Source: Octopus vulgaris (taxonomy: Eukaryota). Taken from it: a DNA stretch of 64,000 nucleotides. Below, in pieces: positions 52,045 to 64,000 of the stretch (position 1 is its first letter; every line of letters begins with the position of its first letter). Location: contig OX597823.1 of assembly GCA_951406725.2 (NCBI GenBank), positions 44,764,001 through 44,828,000 of the forward strand, read 5' to 3'. The translations under genes were made by a program, and so were the position numbers. The notes beneath the pieces were generated by a model. It saw only the letters and a program-made list of their open reading frames with translations. It was not told the origin of the DNA and ran no database searches.

Positions 52045-54469
52045 GCATATATCTGTGTGCGTCTTTGTGTCTGTGTCCCTCCACCACCCCTTGACAACTG
52101 GTGTTGGTGTATTTACGTCCCTGTAATTTAGCAGTTCGGCAAAGGAGACTAACAGAATAAGTACTAGGCTTAAGAAATAAGTCCTGCGGTTAATTAGTTT
52201 GACTATAACACTTCAAGGTAGTGCTTCAGCATGGCTGCAGTCAAACGACTGAGACAAGTAAATATATAAAAACAGATTATATCCTCACCACAAGACACCT
52301 GAAGAAGGCTGGAGCAAATCACCACATAACAATCAATAAGCAGACAACAGTCTAATGTAAACAGTGTACATATCCCATCCCCAACTCCTTTTCTCCATTT
52401 ATAATTTTTGCCATTTTTTTGGCACCTTTTCCCCTCATTTTATGATTTTCATTTTCCCAACATGCTCAACTTTTGTATTTTCCTTGCTTCCCTCCCTTCT
52501 TTCTGTTCCAAATCATACCCCCACTTTGTCTACCACTTTCTCAAAATATATTAACTTCAGCCAAGCCACCTTCCTCAATGCACCACTGCATCATCCCTCA
52601 TGGTTTTGGACTCCACCTTTACCTTACCTTTTACTCCAGATCCTTCTATTGAGCCCATCCTCTTCCACAACTCCTGTGCCACCCTCTGATCCACACCTTA
52701 ATAAATTCACAACCTCAACCTTCTTTCCCAGGCCTGCTTCCTCTTCCTCTCCTTGCTTATTCATAGTTTCATTTACCACCTGAACCACCCACTTTCACTA
52801 TTTCATCACCTCCATTAAATTACATAAACTGTACTCTCTTTCATGCCAATCCCTCCTCCAACAGCACCCACTCCCCATTTTCCTCTCTTTCTCTCCCTGC
52901 TCCTCCAATTCCCTTTTCCAGACCATCTACACCTACCCCCATCCCATTACCTCCACTTTCCTACTTTACTTTTCTTTTGATGAAGGACCACTGAGATTCT
53001 TTCCTTTCCTTTCTTAAGCATTAAGTTATGCAATATCCATCAAAACTTGTCCCACCTGTGTTGTCTTTTTCTCTTTTTCTTGTCTTCACTGTATAATTCA
53101 GCACAGAAAACTAAGTACAAGCTGCCAGCATGAAGATGGCCACAAAAAGAAGGTAATCATGTGCAAGAATGCCATTTTTGTTAATATAACATTATTAATA
53201 TATAAATATCAAGATGTACTACTTTTTATGATGCTCTGTCACTGCCTGGATCTTGTACTTTTAACTATGCAGATATCTGTTTCATAAAAACTTATACAAA
53301 AATAATATTTTTCTGAGGCAGAAAGTAAATTTTTGTAAATGGAACCAAAGCATAGCAAAAGTCAACTCTGGGACTTAATTGTACAATAACTATTTTATAA
53401 TCTGAGAGGCATGAAATTTGAACTCAGAACAATGAAACTACAAATTCCTGGCTCTTTTCTAGAAAACTTACTTCTCCTGTAGAGAAATAATAATCATCAT
53501 CACCATTGTCACATTCCATTTTTTCATGCTGGCATAGTTTAAGTTGGATGCATCTGTAATACAACACCAAGTTATCTATCTTGATCATGTCTTATCTCAG
53601 GCCTTGTGTTCTCCCATAACAAATTATTCCCAAGTCTCCTTTTATCTACTCCTACTGATTCAGGTATCTTCCAGTAAGTACTAAGCTAAAATAATTTTCA
53701 CATAGTTACATATATGATATGAAAAGAGTCAGTGACTAACAACCATTTAAAGAAAATAGGCAACCACCAACATTTTATATGAACACCTTTGTTGATAGCC
53801 TGGAAAAAAAAATTATTTATCAAACTTCATACATGCAAATACACAAAACAAAATATAAATATGACAGCTATGATAGACAAAAGACATTTTTCATTTTCTA
53901 TTATATAATGAATTGTGAAGACTTGTGGCCTTGGGATGCTGCACTCATAATTGCTAAATCATGGGTTCAACTCCCTCACTTAGTGAAATGTTGTTTTCTG
54001 AGCGAAACACTTCACTTCACATTGCTTCTATCAGCTCAGCTGTAAATGTGCAATCCTGCAATGGAATAACCTCCCTATCAGGAGAAATGTTGGTCTGCTT
54101 GTCTAGCGAACAGGTTAGCATCATTTGAAAGCTGAAATGATGCCAAGCACATTATAACCAGCAATGTATAATGACACCTGGTAGTCTGGTTTATACCGTG
54201 ATATACCATGATCAATAATAAATTGGATCGATCAATAGATTCTTTCTCAAAAACAAACTTAAGATGTGAATATTAACAAAATAAGATTTGTTGTTCATTC
54301 ACTAGTGTATGAGTTGTAAACACCTTATAAATTTTTACACTGCTTTTGGTTTCTTTAAAAGTGAAATGTAAAATAGTAAATAAAGGAAAAACTACCTACC
54401 ACCATAAGGGTTCAAAACATGCAAATAGTTGCTGGTGAAAGGCTAACCTCTTTGTTATATAGCATGGAT

Positions 54470-54510
54470 TGAGCAGAAGATTCCACTTACCTGAAAGTAA
54501 TACATGAAAT
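54470..54510 (-). promoter_or_regulatory. Candidate recursive splice site (3'ss directly abutting a 5'ss)
   Basis: Minus strand atttcatgtattactttcAG|GTAAGTgg, junction between 54491 and 54490, inside a long WDR47 intron. Confidence 0.45.
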
Positions 54511-54695
54511 ATAAATAAAAATTCATTGAAGAAACAAATGCAGTTAATAGTTAAACAAAAACACAGAATAAACTGGTAAGTAGAAACTTAAGAGTTTAGA
54601 TTCTGGCACACTTGCTAGCTTCTTGAGCTGAAAAATTATTGGACAAATCTTTTTAATGTACTTGATTTCATAAAGCCAGATTGAAAAGACCAGAC

Positions 54696-54727
<32 letters not shown>

Positions 54728-54786
54728 AAATCAAGTAACCTAGTGAATGGTACTAGCAAGTCAAGTAGCAATTACAGCAATGCTTA

Positions 54787-54998
54787 AAGCAGCAAGTTGG
54801 CAAAATCATTAGCTCGCTAGGCAATATGCTTACCAGCATTTCATCCATCTTTATGTTCTGGGTTCATATGAATGCCCCTGGGTTCAACTTATCCTTTCAG
54901 GGTTGATAAATTAAGTACAAGTTGAGCACTAGAGTCAATGTAAACAATTCACTCCCTCCCTGAAATTGCTGGCCTTGTATAAAATATTTGAAACCAAT
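54787..54998 (+). mobile_element. MetaSINE-like SINE
   Basis: gcaagttggcaaaatcattagc...gggttcatat...cctttcagggttgataaattaagtac...aaattgctggccttgt. Confidence 0.7.
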
Positions 54999-55030
54999 AC
55001 AGCAGCAATGTTTGTTATTGTTAAATTTAA

Positions 55031-55255
55031 CCCTTTAACATTCAGATAATTTTGCCACAGGTAATGCTTATTTATTCACATTGTTTTCAGTTAATGGATG
55101 CATTATCTTGTAGCTTTGAGATATTCATGAGGTGACTGTTTATTTTGAGATGACTTACGAGGCCAGATTTGGTGTAGGAGGCCAGATTTGACTGTGATCA
55201 GCATAAAACAAGTGGTATATTTGGACCTGATATGGCAGGTTTAAATGCTAATGGG
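55031..55255 (-). mobile_element. TTAA-flanked MITE, reverse orientation
   Basis: ttaa|ccctttaacattcaga ... tttaaatgctaatggg|ttaa. Confidence 0.8.
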
Positions 55256-55479
55256 TTAAAATTCAAATTCCTTCCCAAACCTCCCTTAACTTCCCCCAGG
55301 AATTTCATGTGTTCAATATTCATGTACCTTATATCATTGTATGTCAATCATTTTGTTACCATATTTCTTTAGAAATACACTGCCTTTATTTCAATTAATT
55401 TTGAAAACAATGAAAACGTTTAGCAATGTAACTTTATTTACAAGTCCTAAATAAGCTGGTGTTTAGAACATACATTAGG

Positions 55480-55807
55480 AAAACCCCCTTCAGTCAAAAA
55501 GCACCACGAGATTGCACCTAGAAAGTTACCCTCTGAAGCAAAAGTCTGGGCAATTTATTTATGGAAGACCAGCAGTTGCCTATGCATACCAGCCTCCTCT
55601 CTCCACACCACCAATGTTATCCACGGGAAAGGCAAAGGCTGATACAGCTTAACACCAGTATCATTGCAACTCATTTCTACAGCTGAGTGAACTGGAGCAA
55701 TATGAAATAAAGTGTCTTGCTCAAGAACACAACACACAGCCTGGTCTGATAATCAAATTCATGACCTCATGATTGTGAGCCTGATGCTCTAACCACTGAG
55801 CCATGCA
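55480..55807 (-). mobile_element. tRNA-derived SINE
   Basis: Minus strand gcatggctcagtggttagagc (A box) ... ttcttgagcaagacactttatttca. Confidence 0.8.
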
Positions 55808-55852
55808 TTTACAAGAAATTTTGATGGAAGGTTTTAATATAGACAATTTTAA

Positions 55853-56072
55853 CCCTTTAGCATTTAAACTGGCCATATTTGGTCAAAATAATCTTCCTGT
55901 TTTATCTTCAAACAGGTCATATCCAGCCTCTCACACTTGCCCTACAATGTTATTCTGAAAATAAACAATCACATCACTGAAATCTCAAAGAGACAAGGTA
56001 ATGCATGAGTAATTCAAATCAATGTGAGTAAACAAGCATTACATTTGACAGAAAAATCTGAAAGCTAAAGGG
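55853..56072 (+). mobile_element. TTAA-flanked MITE
   Basis: ttaa|ccctttagcatttaaactggcc ... gctaaaggg|ttaa. Confidence 0.85.
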
Positions 56073-56999
56073 TTAAAGAATGAAGGATGATAAAAATAGA
56101 GTAGATCAACTGGACACGGCTGTGTTTGAATCTGGTCTCAGATGACAATGTATTATCAGAATGTGGTTGACTTAAGAAAGAAAAATCTTGGAACTTTATT
56201 ATTTACTCAAAGAATTAATAATACCATTCCAACCCTTTAATTGTTTATACTAACTTTGCCAGGTTTTCCTTTTGAAATTAAGTAGATCTCTGTATATTGT
56301 CAACATTGTTCTTTATACAATTACCAATATTAATTTACTTTGGAAAACATTTACAAGTATTCTACTCCAAAAGCCGAACCAGACATTAAATTAAAAGATT
56401 TCAATAACAAAGAATGGTCTGTAGCAAGAGGTTAAAACTGTATATTGATCTTGATTTCACCTGAAAACTACTCCTCCCATTAACACCATTAGGTCTGCAT
56501 ATTTCTTCACCTCCCAGCTGCTGATTTAACAAAACCTAATAAACATACATGGTCAAAGATTATAGAATTGATTTACAGTAAAAGACTAAACAACAGAGGA
56601 AGAAATATACAAAATAGTAATTTATGAAATTTTAGTATTTCTAAGTCCTCAGCTGCTAGCATGTCTAGGTAATACAGTTAACGTACACTAAATCTATCAG
56701 CTAGTTTAACACGACCAGTTACCTTTCGAGTGCCTTTAGTAGTGTTCACTCTGTTGCAAGCATTCAAGCTAATTCACCAAATTGAGAGTAAGTTCATCCC
56801 TTCATTACATCAGTTTTGTAGGATCACAGAGTCAAAATTATACATAAATGTAAATTATTCTTCTAATAAATCTTTTTAAGTCACCATTATACATCATCAG
56901 GTGTTGAGACAGCCTAAAAACATCTTATACTGTATGTCTGTCAAATAGCAATCTGGTCAAGATCATCCCTCTTTGAGCTAAACTCTTGGCAGTATTTAA

Positions 57000-57213
57000 C
57001 CCTTTCATTACTGTATTTATTTTGAGATGCTCTGTGTTTCTTTCAATTACTTTAAATATAACAAAGAATTTAGTAAAATAACTTAGTTATCATTCAGCTA
57101 GTGTTAGGAACATAAATTGTAACTAAGGTTTGGTGGAAGATTTTAATTCAAAACTTATGAAAACAAGACATTTTTACCCAGAGCCGGATTCAGCCAGGTT
57201 GGTAACGAAAGGG
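57000..57213. mobile_element. TTAA-flanked MITE, third family
   Basis: TIR ccctttcattac/gtaacgaaaggg with TTAA on both sides; interior unrelated to the other families. Confidence 0.8.
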
Positions 57214-59265
57214 TTAAACATTCATGAGCTATGTCGTAATCTGTTATCCAAAGTATCTATTTGAAGCTAGCAAAATATCTTGGGAACTAACACAATAGAG
57301 AGCCCTTCACATGATACAACCAAAGACACTTTGACTGACCATCATTCTTAATGCCAACCACTTTACAGAGTGTACTGGGTTCTTTTTTTCATGGCACCAG
57401 CATTAGTTGGGGTCATCAAGTGACATGCAAGACAAGACTTCTTCACAGAGTTGGGGTGCAGTATTGAGAGTGGAGGCATTGTGCCAGGTATAGGGAGGCT
57501 AAAATAGGAAAAAGGGTCAGGAGTAGGAGTCTTGCTCTACAGAAGGTACATGTTCACTCCAGCAGGAAATAAAGAAAAGATGGACATGAGGTAGCAGAAT
57601 ATGCCCTCAAGGTAGAAGATACATAGAGAAAGAGTGGAAGTGTGTGTGATGATGGTTGGGTGGGCAACTATTAAAATTGTACACCATGTTATACACATGC
57701 TAACCCCTTCCACTGGTTCACAATGACAAGCAACAATGTATAATGGATGCTATAAATGAACATGTACATTTGTGTTGCAATATTAGAAGAGTAAAATTAA
57801 GACTTTTTTGTGCAAAGCTTTTGTGGAAGTGCATGTGATTGATATAAATGAAAATCATACTTCTATGGAATCATATTATTTATGTTTGTGACCCATTCAA
57901 TACAGTTTTTATAATATCATATTTTCTTTTCCAGTTTGTCTTTATAAAAAGTTATGGAAGAGTGAAAATCACACATATAATACAAAAGAAACTTAGTTCT
58001 AGCCACCTTCTACACTTCAACCAATACATCAGTGTCACAAAATGTACTGAAAGAATTGTACTTGTAGATACAGCAATAAAATAAATTAAAAGAAAAAGGA
58101 AAAAGCCAACTATTTTTTATCTAAAAAATATTATTACATCTACTGTTTTAGAACAGCAAGGGTTGCATGAATAGGTATATTTACATATTTTGTAAACATT
58201 GCCAGTTGGATGAACTTATTTTCAGAATTTATACTTAGTTACCTCTTTGCAAATATTAGCTTCACTGCTTTGGATTCACAGAGATTTATTTTAGCTAGGC
58301 TTTTAGAAGCAAACCAGGTACTGACAATAACTTTATATTACTCACAGTAATAACAATAAATCTATATTAGAGGTAGTATATGAATTCCAGACTTTTAGAT
58401 CAATGAATCAAATCACTTAGCCATTATAGAATCTTTGAAATATTTTCACTCATCCTCATATCATAAGACTTCTTGAGCAGAGTTAACTACAGTAACATCA
58501 AAGACCCCTATAAAGGTCTACTGATGTTCCTTCTGCAAAAAGAAAACATGACTTTGGAATATATAATCTGAAGAAAGTTTAAGGAAACTCAAAATCAGAA
58601 AAGTCCAATGGTATTTTCTGCACATTGTTCTCAAACTTTATACACACTATGACACCAACTCATTCAAAAGATAAATTTGAAAGTTCAACTCTCAAGATAC
58701 TGACTGAAAAAAGTGGTAGAAATATTTCAATTTTACTGTAGATGACATAAGCATTATTGTTTCTGACTTTAACAGCAGAGAAAATTAAACTGAAATTGAA
58801 AAAATTTATATAAACAAATAGAATGAGTGATGCTGTGTTGTAAATAACTAAGTTTTCAGGACCAATGCCAACCCACACATTGAGATAAGACAGAAATAGA
58901 TTTTTTTTTTCCTCTTGAATATTTATACAGAATTATATCTGAAGTGATAAATACATCTGCCAAAAAACATATGGAACATCACCTCAATAGAAAATGGCAT
59001 GAAACCACTGATGAAATGAGTCTTTCCAGAATGTCAGATCATGTTAGGAATAAATCCAGCAAATTATTTACACAGGACCATGAATACATTTACTAAGTAC
59101 CTAACTTGGATAAAATATTTTCTCAAAAATATTTTAAAAAAAAAAGTCTTGCTTTCATCTTGCTGATAAAACAGCTAATCTTCTGAAGAACATTCTCTGC
59201 TATGATAAACTTACAGGCTGTCTCATGTGGATATATTGCAAAATAATTTTTAAAATGCTGAGTCT

Positions 59266-60846
59266 GTTTTTTATGCTAGTGTGGGTTGGGCAGTTTGACA
59301 GGAGCTAACAAGCCAGAGTTGCACCAGGCTCCAGTTGTCTGTTTTGGCATGGCTTCTGCAGCTGGATGCCCTTCCTGATGCCAACCACTTTAGTGTTTTC
59401 TGAGAGTTTTTTTCTTTTTACAAGGCACTAACATGGGGTATCTTTTTAACTTGATATCTCATTCCCAAACATAATTCACATCTCTCTTTACAAAGAGGTC
59501 TGATCAACTGTCTCCAATATTGTGCAGCCGTCATTTGTTTGGTAATCTATTCTGAAGCAACAAATCTAGCAACAAGAGGCCTTTGATAAACTATACAATC
59601 GATAATCTTGGAAATTTAAACACATGAAGAAAGGTAAATAAGTTTGGGTTTGTGTCAATCTATACAGTGGTACATTAAACAACATGCAGGTTTAAGCCAA
59701 AAGAAAAGAATTGCTCATGTTTCTAAAGCAAACCTCAAAGACAGAATTGTAATGGCCTTGATGGAACCTTAATTTTATTTAGTTTATCATGTTTACTGAA
59801 ATAGCTTTTTTTTACTTCCAGATTTGTACGAATGAGGAACATACATGTAAAATAAATTGATAAACTGAAAGAGAAAAAAATTCAGAGAAATAAAAGGAAT
59901 TTAATGATCTTATCTATAAATACAACCAAAGATGAGCAAGAAAACATCACAGACAAAAGCAGTAGTCGCTCTGGAACAAAATAGAGGTGGTGCAAACATT
60001 TCCTCCATGATAAGGAGAATGATAACATGGAACTGATAAGTTATAAATCCTTTTGTTTTTTAAAGTTAAATCTTTAACTCCTGATTAAAGGTATTGAAGC
60101 TACCTTGAGCTTATAATTTCTGTGCAGTTCAGTTGATATTTTGAAGTAGTCAATTTAATATTTAGCTGAAGTGTTTGTTTGCATTTGAAATAGAAGTTCA
60201 ATCAAAATGAACAGAAAATAAAGTGAAGGAAAGTTTACACTCTGTATATATTAGTAAATGATTCTTGTGATTTAGTGAATGAGAATGATGATGCAGAGTC
60301 AACCAGGCCAACTAGTTCCAAGTGCTTGAAATATGTGAAGGGTAAGTGAATGTTATCTGTTATTCATTTTCAACTGGTCTGAATAAAAAAAAAAAAACCC
60401 ACCTTTTCAGTGTCTCATTTCTTGGAAAAATTAAGCATGAAACAATGATGCCAAGAAAATTATAGTTCCATTTTACAAGTCAACATTCATTTGGTAGGAA
60501 ATCATGTTTCCCACAAATCTTAAAAGCAAGGCTCTACATCCTCTACAAAAAGTCAAAGGCCTCTAGTTTCTAGATTTGTTGCTTCAGAATAGATTACCAA
60601 GAAAATGATGGCTGCACAATATTGGAGACAGCTGATCAGACCGCTTTGTAAAGAGAGGTGTGAATCTTGTTTGGGAATGAGGTTAGTGCCTTGTAAAGGA
60701 ACACTCAGAACACACTGTAAAGTGGTTGGTACCAGAAAGGGTATCTAGCTGCAGAAACCATGCCAAAACAGACAACTGTGGAGCCTGGTTCAACTCTGGC
60801 TTGTCAGCTCCTGTCAAACTGCCCAACCCACACCAGCATGAAAAAC
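59266..60846. repeat. Inverted duplication, ~300-bp arms (59266-59587 and 60552-60846)
   Basis: e.g. ctccaatattgtgcagcc versus ggctgcacaatattggag, and ttctgaagcaacaaatctag versus ctagatttgttgcttcagaa. Confidence 0.9.
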
Positions 60847-61560
60847 GGACATTAAATGACGATGTTAATGGCAATAATGATGACCACTCTCAAATGACAG
60901 TATATAAGAACGCTGTTAAGAATGTTAGCAGCTGTAGAAGATAGTATTTATATGTCCTTGAAAATTGATGAAATGACAGGCATAACTGGGAAATGTTACT
61001 TGATGGGATTTGTTTTGTTTGCTCAGAATGATACAGCCAGCTTCCTTAAGCAAGTTAAAATAACTGTAACAGTTATTGGTATTTTTGAAACAAGATGCCC
61101 ATATTTCACATTCAACAAAATGTCTGGGAAAATCTGTGCTGGAATTTGCACTGATGTTACTCCAGCCATGACTGGTATTCTCAAAGGTTTTGTAACACCA
61201 GCAAGAAACACTAACCTATACATAATTACAACTGTTTCTTAATGACCAATGCCTTGAAGGATAAACTGCCAGCTGTTATTGATGCTCCATGGTCCTCAAA
61301 AAAGTCATATCTTTACACAGCTGTTTGAGTATGAATGCTTACTCTAAATCTCTTATCACTTTAATGAAATATGGTTATTCAGAAGTAAAACTGTCACGTG
61401 TACATCAATTTAAAAAAGAAATTACGCTCTTTCTTATCAGTGAAAATGAAAGAAAAATATTCTAACCCATTCATGGATGACTTTTCGAGTGCAGACTGGC
61501 TTATATTGCTAATATATTTGAGCACATAAAGTTAGCATTAATATGTGTATATACTGATAT
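60550..61560 (+). mobile_element. hAT (Charlie/Buster-type) transposase remnant interrupted by a retroelement at ~60684-60870
   Basis: Broken frames give HNIG..LIRP.CKE...ILFG, LSND, SLKIDEMTGITGKCYLMGFV and GICTDVTPAMTG..KGFV, matching the ZBED8/SCAND3-like hAT pattern. Confidence 0.75.
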
Positions 61561-61629
61561 GTTGCAGTAAATATCACAAATTGACAAAAAGCAATGAAAA
61601 GGAAGTCAGCTAGAGTTCAGGATAAAGGT

Positions 61630-61790
61630 GCAGGTATGACTGTGTGGCAAGAAGCTGGTTTCTCAAACACATGGTTTTGGGTTCAATCCTACTGCATGGT
61701 GCTTCGAATAAGTCTTGTATTATAGCCTGGATCGATCAAATCCTTATGGGTAGATGATAAATGGATATCAAAAGAAGCCTGACAAATATG
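61630..61790 (+). mobile_element. CORE-like tRNA SINE
   Basis: gcaggtatgactgtgtggcaagaagc...gggttcaatcct...aaaagaagcctg; same family as 11369-11520. Confidence 0.65.
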
Positions 61791-62603
61791 TATATGCATG
61801 TGTGTATTTGTTCCTCACCACAACCTGACAACTGGTGTTGATTTCTTTACATTCTCCTAACTTAATGGTTTGGGAAAAAGAGGCCAAAAGAATAAGGACC
61901 AAGCATGAAAAATAAGTACTATGGTTGATCTGGTTGGCAAAACACTTCAAGGCAGTGCCCCAGCATGGATCCAGTCTAAAACAAAGATGCTAAAACTAAT
62001 GGAGAATGTATTGACTTCCAACTAACAAAACTGTTGTTCTCTGAGATAGAATTACAATGCAGCTTCATGATTTGAAAATTAATTAAAAACCCTAAACATG
62101 CTATACTCAAGTGTATAGGGTCTCATTTGCTAAGTCTCTTGTCTGAACTAACATGTTACTTTACAGACTGGACATCAAGTAGTATGACTTGAGGAGAAAT
62201 CCTTTCATAGTAACCATATGAATGAAAGATTTCACATTTCAAGAACAAGATGAAGTTTAAAAATATCCTCTTTAGCTTCTGGAATTCAATAAAAAGCAAA
62301 TGCCCAGTTTCCAGAGAGAGCAATAGCTATTTTGCTCCAATGCTCTGAGAACACAGTGCCTCAACCTGAAGAAATTATACAAACAAAAAGAAAGCAAAAA
62401 TTGGTATCCAAGATGACATGGGTGTGTTTGCTAAAACATCCAACCTAAGATTGACAGAATTTGGCAAAAATACTAGCAAGAATTTTTTTCCTATCTCAAT
62501 TTGTTTAAATTTATCATGCTCAACAGTCATAACTGTATAAATATAAGTTAATTGCAGAAAAAGATCAACAATTTTTTTTATTTTGCATATACTTTCATTG
62601 CAA

Positions 62604-62731
62604 TAGAAATGAAGCACTATGGAATTTGGCAGGGATGGGCTGGCTACAAATGAGGTGCCATGGAATTTGGCAGGGATGGGCTAGAAATGAGGTACCATGG
62701 AATTTGGCAGGGATGGGCTAGAAATGAGGTG
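62604..62731. repeat. ~37-bp minisatellite, ~3.4 copies
   Basis: atggaatttggcagggatgggctagaaatgaggt.cc units at 62619, 62660 and 62697. Confidence 0.9.
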
Positions 62732-63200
62732 TTGCAGTACATTAGATACATAATTGTGTCATGAAACAATAAAATTGAGAATTATAAATGGGATAAATTT
62801 TGCTGACCAGTTAAAGTTTAGTTATCAAGTATATAGTGCTTTTTATGTGACACCATTACAGAGCTTTTTACATGGCATCATCACCAGTGCTTTGCATGTA
62901 CCAATGCAAACATGACATGTTACAGCAAAGGTCACTTACTGACAAAAAGCAACAAACAATAAAAATGATGTCAACAAGGGCTCTGGATGAAGCTGGATTG
63001 TCATCATCTTGAAGACTTCAAAATAGAAAAAGTAGGCAAAAATAAATTACCTAGAGTCAAAAACACATCACTGAGCAGGTAATGTGAAGAAGAAGGAGAC
63101 CACAATAAAATTCTCAAAACACATTAAGCAATATGAGTGAATTACAGGTTATAGCACTTGCCAAGTTATATATATAGATTGCTTTCAGCTACACCACCAC

Positions 63201-63241
<41 letters not shown>

Positions 63242-64000
63242 AGAAAAACAATAAGTTTTAAATCACTGAGTGAGAAATAAGTAGTAACAGTACAACAGAG
63301 TGAAGTCTATTTGCCAACGTAAAGTGGCAGTCCTGATTAGAATGATGTTACTACCTTTTTTAGCCCCAGGAAAAAGACTTTTCTCTCTCTCATATATATA
63401 TATCTCACTCAGTACCAAGTTCAAACCAGCTACAATAGATCAGCATGTGGTTCAAGTGACTCACTTTGCATCTGCTTATAAGCATAGTTGTGGCTGGTTT
63501 GGTTAAGAAGCTTGATTTCCAACCATGTGGTTTGGGGTTCTGTCCCACTGCACAGCACTCAGTTAATGCTCCAGGATGATCAAAGTCTTGCGAGTGGATT
63601 TAATAGACAAAAACTGCAGGCAGTCCATTGTGTGTGCATTCCCTTGTCATGATAGCGTGACGGTTGTAAAAAAAGGAAACCACCATTATACGAGTAGTAT
63701 TGTTTATTCCCTATCTCCTGTAAAAAACATGTCTGACCATGAGAAATATTACCTTGCTTGGAAACCAGTAAGGGAATCTGACCAAGAGGCAGTCTGCCTG
63801 ACCTGGGCTATGCACTTTTGTAATTCAGGAAAAGAATTAACTAGTTAATATTATATAGGAACTGTTACAAATTTAGAATGACAGAATCTTGTGCAAAGTC
63901 AGATCAATGGTTTTCACCATACAATTGGCTAGAAATAAATTAGAATTAAACTCCCCCACCCCTGCTGATAACCTTACATTGCAGACTGTCCTATCCAGTA

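Noticed and set aside
56461-56535. 75-nt AG...GT segment open in phase 0 (VLLNQQLGGEEICRPNG...)
   Set aside because: The surrounding intron appears to be phase 1, in which this segment contains a stop; the donor (gtgaaa) is weak

Overview
AT-rich, microsatellite- and SINE-dense eukaryotic DNA. The repeat families look like those of an octopus/cephalopod genome (inference from repeat motifs). The main feature is the 3' part of a minus-strand, multi-exon WDR47 (nemitin) gene. Nine exons between 39431 and 8869 join through GT-AG junctions into one open frame of about 500 codons (S/P/T-rich linker followed by the WD40 propeller). The N-terminal LisH/CTLH exons were not found and presumably lie beyond 64000. 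Downstream of the gene are a decayed Helitron (PIF1 helicase) and retroelements, one carrying a 62-bp tandem array. The introns hold mariner, DD37D/maT, hAT-Charlie and RTE remnants, TTAA-flanked MITEs and many SINEs. The most interesting signals are a possible alternative-splicing system in the WDR47 linker introns: a pair of paralogous frame-preserving microexons, a GC-donor cassette exon, a recursive AG|GTAAGT site with a poison exon, and candidate alternative first exons. Also notable are a perfect 69-bp palindrome, a ~300-bp inverted duplication, a templated complex insertion, and a CpG-decay contrast between gene body and flank. All alternative exons are predictions from sequence only.
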